A DNA stretch of 64,000 nucleotides, from positions 52,266,001 through 52,330,000 of the forward strand of contig CM060733.1 of NCBI GenBank assembly GCA_030704615.1. The letters run 5' to 3'. The DNA is from Takakia lepidozioides. Lineage: Eukaryota > Plantae > Bryophyta. Positions 40,728 through 52,226 of this stretch are shown piece by piece. Positions within the stretch are counted from its first letter, which is position 1. Every line of letters begins with the position of its first letter. The position numbers and the translations under genes were made by a program. The notes under the pieces were generated by a model that was given only the letters and a program-made list of their open reading frames with translations, had not been told where the DNA came from and did not search any database.

Positions 40728-42548
40728 GTGGGTTCTCGCTCTTTTCATAACTCCTCTCATCTCTCTGCCCCATTCCAATGGGAGTGTTGTAAGGCAGAGA
40801 GAAGCAATGTTTCTGGCTGCTTTATCTCACATTCATACTTAAACAGATGGATTTTGTGGCTAGATGAGTCAAATTTCAAACTTAAAGCAAAGCAAGTAGT
40901 ACTATCAAACATCATGTAGCCTGGCAATAAGCTGGCCGTGCGGCATCTGTGGCTTGAACACTATCTTACAAGCAAAGTATGCTCCAAATATATTGTCTAT
41001 CCTTTACTAGACCATGACTGGTAAAAATCTGGGGAGTTCTGTTGCAAGTGTTGTGGGGAAGTCATAAGCTTGGACTTGAAACAGGGAAGTCAAGCTGCAC
41101 AAGCACGCACTTATGAAGAGTTTGTGCTCTGTTGTAAGGTCAGGTGGCCTCCTGCCGTTTTATCGTTTTGGTCACCTACTTTCACTCCAAAGGGACTTTG
41201 ACAGATGCAACTGGGTCTTTACATCTTTACATCATCACTTCCTCTGAGCAAATGATGTGCGAAGGGATGAAGCCCAACCGCATAACGTTTGTTTGCATTG
41301 GCAATGTGTGTGCAAGCCTGGCAGCCCTGGAAAGGTGCAAAGAGGTGCATGGTGACATCATCAAATCTGGAATTGTACCCGATGTCATTCTGAACACTGC
41401 CCTGTTGGACATGTATGTCAAATGTGGGAGCATTGAGGATGGAAAGGGAGTGTTCGACAGTATGGCTGAATGAGATGTGGTGTCGTGGAGTGCGATGATT
41501 GGAGGATATGCACAGCAAGTATGCGGGATGGAGGACTTGGAGACCTATGAGCAATTGATGTGCGAAGGGGTGAAGCCCGACCACATTACGCTTGTGTGCG
41601 TTTGCAGTGCGTGTGCAAGCCTGGGAGCTCTGGAAAAGGGGAAAGAGGTCCGTGGTGACATCACCAAAGCTGTTATTGTACCTGATGTCATCCTGAACAC
41701 TGCCCTGGTGGACATGTATGCCAAATGTGGGTGCATTAAGGATACGAAAGGAGTTAATTTCAACACCATGGCTGAACGAGATGTGGTGTCGTGGAACGCA
41801 ATGCTTGCAGGGGTATGCACAGCAGGGGCGTGGGATGGAGGCTTTGGAGACCTATGAGCAAATGATGGGGGAAGGGGTGAAGCCACATCATGTTTTGTGT
41901 GCATTTGCAGTTCGTGTGCAAGCCTGGCAGCCCTGGAAAAGGGCAAAGAGGTGCATGGTTGCATCGCCAAAGCTGGAATTATACTAGATGTGATCCTGAA
42001 CAATACCCTCGTCGACATGTATGCCAAATGTGGGTGCATCAAAGATGCGGATGAAGTGTTCAACAGTATGGCTGAACGAGATTTGGTGTCATGGAATGCC
42101 ATGCTTGCAGGATATGCACAGCAGGGGCGCGGGATGGAGGCCTTGGAGACCTATGAGCAAATGATGGGTAAGGGGTGAAGCGCGACCACATCACGTTTGT
42201 GTGCGTTTGCAATGCTTGTGCAAGCCTGGTTGGAAAAGGGCAAAGGGTGCATGGTGACATCATCAAAGCTGGAATTGTACCAAGGTTGCAATGCGTGTGC
42301 AAACCTGGGAGCCCTGGAAAATGGGAAAGAAGTCCGTGGTGACATTGTCAAAGCTGGAATTGCACCAGATTCATCTTGAACACTGCCCTGATGGACATAT
42401 GCCAAATGTGGGTGGATCGAGGATGCAAAGGGAGTTTTCAACACTGTGGTTGAAAGAAATGTGGTGTTGTGGAATGCTATGCTTGCAGGGTATGCACAGC
42501 AGGGGCACGGGATGAAGGTTTTGGAGACCTATTAGAGTGTGTGTATAG

Positions 42549-42882
42549 AAGCATCCAAGAGGGCCAGATTTCAAGCACAAGATTACCTATGATTTTGTTA
42601 GTTAGCTCGTTAGCTCGGAGCAAGGATAGAGTGTGGGTCCAGATTCATCCAAGAGGCCAGATTTCAAGCACAAGAGTACCTGTTCGATAGCTACAAGAAA
42701 TCTGCATGGGTAGATGGTCAACTGGAAGCCGCAAAAGCAGCGGCACAATTGATAAAATCAGGCATTGCTAATCAAGGCACCTTCTTCAACACATTTCACC
42801 CAGTTTTTCCCTCACAACAAGAAAGCAGCCAAAACAGGTAACAGGGATGAGGAGAAGCTATGGAATGAATACTTTTCTAACC
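42549..42882 (+). pseudogene. OSB-type PDF motif exon fragments
   Basis: KHPRGPDFKHKITYD (42549); second frameshifted copy to YKKSAWVDGQL (42643-42725); RDEEKLWNEYFSN (42843). Confidence 0.8.
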
Positions 42883-45482
42883 AAATGTAATTTTGAACAA
42901 TACCCTTGTTGGACATGTATGCCAAATGTGGAGGGAGTGTTCAACAATATGGCTGAATCTGCCTGTTTTTCCCTCTCATCAGACTCGGCCCTGAGATGCA
43001 TATTGAATTCTGTAAGTTAGCTTGTTGGGTGTATCTGTGGTGGTTAGGAGTGACTTTGACAAGTTACTGCCGATGTGGCAGCAGGAAAGTATCCAAAAAT
43101 AGATAACATAGGGGAGAAGCTTGTTGACATTTGTTTGTCTTTGCAATGCGTGTGCAAGCCTGGCAGCCCTGGAAAGGTGCAATGAGGTCCATGGTGACAT
43201 CGTCAAAGCTGATTTGTACCAGATGTCATCTTGAACACAGCCCTGCTGGACATGTATGTCAAATGTAAGTGCATCGAGGATGCAAAGGGAGTTTTCGACA
43301 GTGTGGCTGAAAGAAATGTGGTGTCGTGGAGGGCGATGATTGCAGGATATGCACAGCAAGGGGCAGGATGGAGGCTTCGGAGACCTATGAGCAAATGATG
43401 GGGGAAGGGGTGAAGCCCGACCACATAATGTTTGTTTGCATTTGCAATGCGTGTGCAAGCCTGGCAGCTCTGGAAAGGTGCAAAGTGGTCCATGGTGACA
43501 TCGTCACATCTGGAATTGTACCCAATGTCATTTTGAACACTGCCCTGCTGGACATGTATGTCAAATGTGAGTGCATCGAGGATGCAAAGGGAGTTTTCGA
43601 CAGTATGGCTGAAGGAGATGTGGTGTCGTGGAGGGCGCTGATTGGAGAATATGCACAGCAAGGGGCGCGGGATGGAGGCGTTGGAGACCTATGAGCAATT
43701 GATGTGTGAGGGGGTGAAGCCCAACCGCATAACGTTTGTGTGCATTTGCAATGCGTGTGCAAGCCTGGCAGCTTTGGAAAGGTGCAATGAGGTCCATGCA
43801 TGTGACATCGTCAAAGCTGGATTTGTACTAGATGTCATCCTGAACACTGCCCTGTTGGACATGTATGTCAAATGTGAGTGCATCAAGGATGCAAAGGGAG
43901 TGTTCGACAGTATGGCTGAATGAGATGTGGTGTTGTGGAGTGCGATGATTGCAGGATATGCACAGCAAGGATGCGGGATGGAGGCTTTGGAGACCTATGA
44001 GCAATTGATGTGCAAAGGGGTGAGGCCCAACTACAACACATTTGTTTGCGTTTGCAATGCGTGTGCAAGCCTAGGAGCCCTGGAAAAGGGGGAAGAGGTC
44101 CAAGGTGACATCGTCAAAGCTGGATTTGTACCAGATGTCATCCTGAACACTGCCCTGGTGGACATGTATGCCAAATGTGGGTGCATGGAGGATGCAAAGG
44201 GAGTGTTCGACAATATGGCTGAATGAGATGTGGTGTCGTGGAATGCAATGATCGCAGGATATGCACAGCATGGTTGTCATAGGGAGGTCCTGCAACTATT
44301 TGAAGGAATGCAAAAGAATGGCTTGAAGCAGTATGTGTTCTCTCTGCATGCAGCCACACTGGCGTTCTGAATGAAGATAGACGCTACTTCGATTCCCTGA
44401 GTGAAGATCATGGTGTCACTCCGACAGTATAGCTCTTTGGCTACATGATGGACCTTCTTGGACGTGTGGGACAACTGGATGAGACAGTGGACCTGATTAA
44501 TAAAATGCCAATCAATCCAGATGTTGTGGTGTGGAAGGCCTTGTTTAGTGCCTGCAGAATCCATGACAATATAGAGATGGATGCTCACCAAGTGTTCAAC
44601 AGAATGCCTCAACGATGTTTGATCATGTGGAACATAATGTTGGCAGGATTTACCAAGCACGGGTGTGGTAGGAATGCTTTGGAGACCTATGAGCAAATGC
44701 TGCGCGAAAGGGTGAAGCCCAACCACATCACATTTGTTTGTGTTTACAATGCGTGTGCAAGCCGGGGAGCTCTGGAAAAGGGGAAAGAGGCCCATGGTGA
44801 CATCGTCAAAGCTGGAATTGTACCAGATGTCATTCTGCAAACTGCTCTGGTGGTCATGTATGCCAAATGTGGGTGCATGAAGGATGCGAAGGCAGCTTTC
44901 AACACTATGGCTGAACGAGATGTGGTGCCATTGGACGCGATGCTTGCAGGGTATGCACAACAAAAACGTGGTATGGAGGCTTTGGAGACTTATGAACAAA
45001 TGATGGGAGAAGGGGTGAAGCCCGACCACATCACGTTTGGGTGCGTTTGCAATGCGTGTGCAAGCCTGGCAGCTCTGGAAAGGGGCAAAGAGGTCCATGG
45101 CCACATCTTCAGAGCTGGAATTGTACCAGATTTCATTCTGAACAATACCCCGGTGGACATGTTTGCAAAATGTGGGTGCATCTAGGACGCAATGGGAGTG
45201 TTCAACACTATGGCTGAACAAGATGTGGCGTTGTGCAAGCCTGGCAGCCCTAGAGAAGGGCAAAGAGGTGCATGGGGATATCATCAAAGCTGAAATTGTA
45301 CCAAATGTCATTCTAAACATTGCCCTAACAGCTCTGGAAAAGGGGAAAGAGGTCCATGGCGACATCTTCAGAGCTAGAATTGTACCAGCTGTCATTCTAA
45401 ACAATACCCTGGTGGACATGTTTGCAAAATGTGGGTGCATCTAGGATGCAAAGGGAGTCACACTATGGTTGAACGAGGTGTG

Positions 45483-47873
45483 GAGCGTAGCTACGGCGTG
45501 AGCCTAGCCGCATGAGCCCAGGAGCTCGGCTCACGCTTTGCCCTCTAAGTGTGAGCCTAGGCTCACGCTTGCTAAGCGTGAGCCCAGGGTTAAGAGGAGG
45601 GAGAAGCAAGTCCTATAACCGAGGACATGGTTTAGAGGGGGTCCTATTACCGTGGAAGCGTATATTTTGGAAGAAGAGGTGAACACGGCAAAACTTCCAA
45701 ATACGGCAAACACACGGCAATATTGAGTCCCCTTTAGAAGCACGACGATCGACCCAATTCCCCCAGCCCTACTTCGTCAACCCCAAGCACTCCCACCCCC
45801 AAGCACTTCACGCAGCTGGTCCCACCCTCCACCAGTCCCAAGCGCTCCACCTTGAAGACGAGCACCAAGTGCTCGTGATCCTACCTGGCCCCACTCTCAC
45901 CAAGCCCGAACCTTCTCTGGTCACTGTTCTTATAAGTATACTCCTGCAGCAGCCACACCCACTAGAGAGTTGTTTTTCAACCCACCGACAATAGTAGAAC
46001 TATCTAGAAAGTAAAACTCTCTAGAAAGTCAACTAGTGAACTAGGGAAGATGGCTATACCAACTCTGGCCCGCCGGTAGCGGGTTTAACGGGTTTCGGAC
46101 CTAGCTGGCGCGTCCAGGTCCGGTTACGGGTTCATTTTAAAAATGAACCCGGGTCAGGGTCCGAGTTTTTGGTGATGGTACGGGTCCGGTCAGGGTCCGA
46201 GTTTTTGGTGATGGTACGGGTCCGGATCCGGATAGGTAACCCGGACCCTAACGAGGGTTTTTCTTAGGGATATTGAAAAGGGGTAGGAGTGGCTATATAT
46301 ATTGGGTGTAGGCTAGTGCAAGTGGCCCACTCTAGGTAATTTTCCTCGAATTGGTAGGCTACATGTATTTCCACCCTTGCCATATTTTGCGAATCAAATG
46401 GATGTTGATGAGCAATAGAAGGTGAAGTGCAGAAATAGTTGAAAACCGTAGGACGAATGGAACTCTTTCTATTCTATATGAAAACCATAGGTTAATTGGT
46501 ACAAATGAGGTGTATAGTTCTCGCAAGACCGGCGACGAGCATCTCCTTGGGAAACAGAGGAGGCCCCACAATCCTGACCCCACTCCTCATTTGGCCCGTC
46601 AGATCATCCTGCATGGGGCCCGCCATGGCTACATTTGTGCTGCTCCCATGGGTCCACAAGCGAGGACCTGTTTGAGACCCCTAGTTTTTGGCGAAAACTG
46701 CCTTATTTGGACCTTTTTTTTCCCTTTGTTTCATTCGCCAACGAGATTTTCAGGCGGCCAAATGGCCAATAAAAAAAACGCTAACCCTAACCCGCCGAGT
46801 ACCCAGGGTGAAAATCCGGACCCGCACAACACTGTCGTTGATGATCATCCTGAAATCATTATCATGAAGAAATTGAGTACGTTGACGCACTCAATTCTCC
46901 GCGGGGTGTGAACAAAAAACAAAAAACCAAAATAAAATAAAATAATTATTATTATAATATTTTCGCCTTTCCCCCCCCCTCCCCCTTCCCCAACCCGCCG
47001 GGTACCCGGGGTGAAAATCCGGACCCGCACAACACTGTCGTCGATGTCGTCAATGAGCATCATGAAATCATGATCATGAGGAAATTAAGTGCGTTGACGC
47101 ACTCAGTTCTCCAGGGGGGGGGGACGAAAAAAAAAACAATATATATATATATATATATATTCCCCCCCAGCCCGCCGGGTACCCAAGGTGAAAATCCGGA
47201 CCCGCACAGCACCGTCGTCGATGTTGTCAATGATCATGAAGAAATTGAGTGCGTTGACGCACTCAGTTCTCCGCCGGGGGGGGGGGGGACCGAAAAATAA
47301 AATAAATTATTATTATTATTATTATTATTTTCTCTCCCCCCCCTCCCCCCCCGCGGAGAACTGAGTGCGTCGACGCACTCAATTTCTTTATGATCTTGAT
47401 TTCACGATGATCATCGACGACATCTATCCAAATGCCGGGAAATAAATAAATATTTTTATTTTTATTTTTATTTTTTTGAATTCTCATGGGCCTTACACCC
47501 CTTAATTCCCCAGCCCCGTTTCCCTCCGCGAACATGGCAGTTCGCTAAAGGTTAGGGTTAGGGTTTGAGGTTACGATTTGCAGTGTTTCCCCGGTTTGCC
47601 GTGTTCCCGCTGTAATGACGTCACCTTAATTCCTGACCTGTTTCCCTTCATGAACATGGCAGTTTGCAAAGGGTTAGGATTAGGGTTTGTCATGTTTGCT
47701 GTATTTGCCGATTTGTCGTGTTTGTCGTGTTTCCGCGGTAATGGGTGCTCATACGCGGAAATACACCCTGCATCTTCCCTCATTCTCGTGCCACGTGGAC
47801 TGGGCTCACGTCAGGCTCTTGGGCTCACAGGCTCCTGGGCTTGCGTGGCTAGACTCACACTCTAGCATTCCCC
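45483..47873. mobile_element. Non-autonomous Mutator-like element inserted in a PPR repeat
   Basis: Perfect 9-bp TSD CGAGGTGTG (45474-45482, 47874-47882) splitting the ER-DVVSW codons; termini GAGCGTAGCTA / TAGCATTCCCC; internal tandem units 46790-47420. Confidence 0.9.
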
Positions 47874-48350
47874 CGAGGTGTGGTATCGTGGAGTGCGATG
47901 CTTGCAGGGTATGCACAGCAGGGACGTGGGATGGAAGCTTTGGAGACCTATGAGCAAATGATGTGCGACGGGGTGAAGCCCGACCACATCACGTTTGTGT
48001 GGGTTTGCAGTTTGTGTATAAGCCTGGCAGCCCTGGAAAAGGGCGAAGAGGTGCATGACAACATCGTCAGAGCTGGAATTGTACCAGATGTGATCCTGAA
48101 CTCTGCCCTGGTGGATATGTATGCCAAATGTGGGTGCATAGAGGATGCAAATGGAGTGTTCAACAATATGGCTGAATGAGATGTGGTGTCGTGGAATGCA
48201 ATGATCGCAGGATATGCACAACATGGTTGTCATAGGGAGGTCCTGCAACTATTTGAAGGAATGCAAAAGAATGGCTTGAAGCAATATGTGTTCTCTCTGC
48301 ATGCAGCCACACTAGCCTTCTGAATGACGGTAGACGCTACTTCGATTCCT
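47874..48350 (+). pseudogene. Continuation of the PPR array
   Basis: P-L-S triplet, in-frame TGA at 48177, tail nearly identical to 44225-44397. Confidence 0.9.
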
Positions 48351-48423
48351 GATTGCGATCTATCTGTAGTGCAACTTGGAAGCCGTCGATGAGGGTTTCA
48401 GATGCTTCCAGTTGATGTCCCTT

Positions 48424-48775
48424 TCAAATTCGGGGGAAAGAGTGTAGCGGCCCACGGAGATCTCGCCATGCTGTTGGGGGGAGAGCGTTCCAGTAGCATT
48501 GGTCCTGCACAGGGCTGTTGCATATGATCCCCTGTCTATCCGAGGTGTGCTGAAAGTTCATGTGGATGGCCTCCGCGTTCCTGGCATCCCGTTGCCTGAC
48601 TGCACATATTTTGGCCCATGCCTTCCTAGCTTCAGTTTGTAAGTCAAGAAATACAGTAGCCAGGAGGGCAGATATGGAAGTGGTCTCTCCTAGAAAGGTA
48701 TTCTTGCATCTTAGTTTCCATAGATGCCACAAGACTAATGCTCTTAAGGTTTCAAAAACAGGGCAGTTGATCCAC
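48424..48775 (-). mobile_element. LINE ORF2 C-terminal fragment
   Basis: LRALVLWHLWKLRCKNTF fits the WxIWxxRNxxxF motif of plant LINE ORF2 tails. Confidence 0.55.
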
Positions 48776-48779
48776 TTCC

Positions 48780-49830
48780 AGAGGCTATGGTCATGGTTGA
48801 GGTGCCTGATTTTATCAACTGTGCCGCTGCAGCTGCTGCCTTTAGTTGACCATCTACCCATGCACTTTTCTTGTAGCTATTGATCCACAGGGAATCATAG
48901 GTAATCTTGTGCATGAAATCTGGCCCTCTTGGATGATTCTGTACACACACTCTACCCCTGCTTTGGCATACATGTCCACCAGGGTATTGTTCAGGATCAC
49001 ATCTGGTACGATTCCAGCTCTGACGATGTCCGCCTCTTGCCCTTTTCCAGGGCTGCCCAGGCTTGCACATGCATTGCAAACGCACACACACGTGATGCGG
49101 TTGGGCTTCACCCCTTCACACATCATTTGCTCATACGTCTCCAAATCCTCCATCTCGCGCCCCTACTGTGCATATCCTGCGAGCATCGCACTCCACGACA
49201 CCACATCTCGTTCCGCCATATTGTCGAACACTCCCTTTGCATGCTCGACGCTCCCACATTTGGCATACATGTCCACCAGGGTATTGTTCGGGATCACATC
49301 TGGTATGATTCCAACTCTGACGATGTCGCCATGCACCTCTTTGCCCAAAAATGCCAGAAGAGGCATTGTGGACTCCCTCTCTTGATCCTCTTCCAGAGGC
49401 TGTGGTCATGGTTGAGGTGCCTGATTTTATCAACTGTGCCGCTGCAGCTATTGCCTTTAGTTGACCACATGCAGGTTTCTTGTAGCTATTGATCCACAGG
49501 GAATCATAGGTAACCTTGTGCTTGAAATCTGGCCCTCTTGGATGCACACTCTACCCCTACTCCTTCAGCTATCCATGCCTCTGCACAAATCATGCATTCA
49601 TCCTTGCCTTGCTGCTAACAGCTGACAATAACAGCCTAGATTTGTTGTAGGAAACACCCAACTCAGCTTATCACAGTAGTTTCTATGCTCATTGCGTCTG
49701 CTACTCACTATAATCCAACAGGCATCCACCTTTTTGCCTCGATTGTCCCACCATTGACTGGGGTCAGAAAAGTATTCTTTCCACAGCTTCTCCTCGTCTC
49801 TCTTACCTGTTTCTGGATACTTTGGCAGTA
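48780..49830 (-). pseudogene. Inverted PDF-PPR-PDF chimeric fragment
   Basis: EEKLWKEYFSDPSQWWDNRGKK exon (49729-49830), intron, HPRGPDFKHKVTYDSLWINSYKKP (49545-49470), linker, PPR motifs (49345-48960), second PDF exon (48938-48780). Confidence 0.85.
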
Positions 49831-50463
49831 TCATGTCGTAGGTGCTTGCGGATATTGATTCTCTCCTTCTTTGAAGTCATCCACTTGATTCATAGGAATG
49901 TATGCAATCATACAAGTTGCCATATTCCCTCCTCCCCATCGTGTATCTGGAGTCCATTTTAAGTCCTCAGCCCTGAGGACTAATTTGTCGGGGTTTTGTA
50001 CCTCCAATCTAGCCATAAAGAAAACATGCAAGCCAAATACTCTTCTTAATCTTGCACTCTCCAAGCCCTAACAGCTAACTCAAAGCCAACTATACACGCC
50101 AAAGTGACTTAGAGCCAAGAGACTAAGAAAATGACATAGCCACTAGCCAAAATGACATAGAGAAAATAGTGAGTAGCTCGTCGAGCTACTCACACTGCGC
50201 AGGGAGGCTAGCTGGCCCAAGCCTGGGGTGTAGGTTTGGGCGGGTAGGCTGGGGTGGGGGGCGGGGCAGGTGTTGGCGGGCCCGTTGGCGCCATGGCTTG
50301 GGAGTTTTGCCAATTTGGCCCCAAACTTTTGCCATTTTGGCTCGTGGAGGGTGGCGCGAGACCACACGTGTGACCCAGGAGCGTGTGGGGCCTGGGGAGG
50401 GGGAAGGTAGGGGGACAAGGCTGCCAGCGTCATTACGACATTGCTATCGAAAATTCGCGGGCC
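49831..50463 (-). mobile_element. 5' end of a SWIM-type Mutator-related element (TIR plus protein N-terminus)
   Basis: LEVQNPDKLVLRAEDLKW...IAYIPMNQVDDFKEGE resembles the N-terminus of At4g13970/At1g60560-type SWIM proteins as I recall it (LPVQNP...DLxW...ALIPxxRVDDFVRGE). Terminus GGCCCGCGAATTTT...GTCGTAATGACGC resembles the TIR at 51053. Confidence 0.65.
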
Positions 50464-51052
50464 ATCGTATCCTCATCTGGAATTAGCACAGTGTCACTGA
50501 AGACCACAAAAGTATTCGCCTCCACAAAAGCTTCAGAATCCTTGTCTGGTTTGACCAAATCCTCAAAAACCAATGTGGAAATTTGGATCCTGCAAATAAA
50601 CAACTCTAACATGTTAAATGCGAATGAATGTTTAACAAGTAGTATAATTAATTACCTCAAAATATTGCAATTCCTGAGAGCAACTATGATCAATTTGCAT
50701 ATCATCGTTAACTTAGTTGCAGGTGAACCGCATTCTTGAAATGCTACAAGGGACCCTTGAATATAGCAATGCACCAATGTAGATAGGTTCATCAGAAATG
50801 ACGAGAGTGTGATCAGATCAGGTCTAGAGTCGGCGGCATGACTTGTACAGTGCAGGCGTCTTACAAAAAACATAATGGGCAAGTAGAGTTCTTTATGAGG
50901 CCAGAGGATCTCCCTGCAAATCAGAGTGAGGACCATGCTCATAATGTGAGGAGTTCTCCTTTTTTGGAGAGTGGAGACGGAACTCATGATGCGAGTGTTG
51001 GAATTAGCACACCCATGTTGTGATGCCGATAGATCAGGCCTTTGTTAATGCA

Positions 51053-51531
51053 GCCTCAGAATTTTGTGTGGCCTCGTCGTAATGAGGCCGCAGGGTGCAG
51101 AGGGGACAGGACCTGACAGCAGCCCCGCTACATTAAAAGGATTCCTATTCCCCTGTTTCTCTTATATATTGAGGAAACGTCAAATTGTTTGTACGGCGGA
51201 GGTTGTGGTCTGGAGGTAGGTCGATGGCGATGTGATGATGCAGGTCTCGGGTTCCATTACTTGAACGTAGTTTCGGTAGTTGGCGCTCAATGTCACTACC
51301 TCCACGGAGGTGGTATGCAACTACTCTCATGCAGGTAGTTCAGCTTGGTTTTGCAACTACCTTCATGTAGAAAATCCTAAAACTACCTGCATGGAGGTAG
51401 TTGTAAAATTCATATGCCAAAAAAATTCGAAGTTCTTGACGCATGAAGGTAGTTTGCTCCTATATTAGTGAGACGGCCTGACGGTCGTCTGACTAGCCTC
51501 ATAACGACGAGGCCACACAAAATTATGAGCC
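51053..51531. mobile_element. Mutator-type MITE (479 bp)
   Basis: 36-bp TIRs and perfect 9-bp TSD GTTAATGCA (51044-51052, 51532-51540). Confidence 0.92.
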
Positions 51532-52226
51532 GTTAATGCACCGCTCCTTAAATCTAGATAGTAGCTGGCCACCGTTGGCATCAGTAATTATAGCTTCATT
51601 ACAGTTAGCGACAAGGCCCATGTGGTCATGCTCTCCTTATCCCTATAACAAACGTTGTATATGTATTCACACCTCTGGTGTTCCAGTTAGTTGATCAACT
51701 CATTGTTTTCAGCGAGGGTTAAGTCTTTAGAGTGAGGAGGCCAAGGTTGACAGATGCGTGCTGAACTCCACGATCCTCGTGTGGACATCGGACGTTGAGC
51801 TCGATTTGAATGTGGTCGAAGGGAAAATCTGAGTGACTCTGGACAGAATTGCAGAACGGTTGTGTGCGCAGCTTGCAACTAGCGAGGGTGCATCTGAAGT
51901 CAGCTCACAGCGCTCACTATGTTAGGTGCGAATCCAGTATCTTGCGATCTGCTATTTGTAATTCTAGGTAAGGAGTTATCTTCCGAGTGGGACTCGATTT
52001 TGTTCAAGATATTCTTGATGCTATCCATTCCACCTGAGGTTCGTGGATTCTAGCTAGACTAGCTCTTCCTTCCTGACTCGTGATCGATCGGCATTGACGG
52101 TCTTCAATCATTTTCTTACTCTTTGACTCTGGCTTCCTTTCCAGCTTGCACCTAGCTCTCTAGATCCGCAAACTTTCGAGCGCTGGAGCGAGAGTCCCAG
52201 CAGTGAACAAGTCTACATTATTTAAA

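Larger units (their letters stand above)
33210..45482 (+). pseudogene. Tandem array of disrupted PLS-class PPR modules
   Basis: Roughly 25 or more full and partial P-L-S triplets ([16 protein letters not shown].. / xHITFVCVCNACASL.. / DVILNxxLVDMYAKCG..) broken by frameshifts, stops and deletions. Confidence 0.95.

Noticed and set aside
44277-45440. 387-aa minus-strand ORF and similar antisense ORFs across the array
   Set aside because: Antisense shadows of the PPR repeats.
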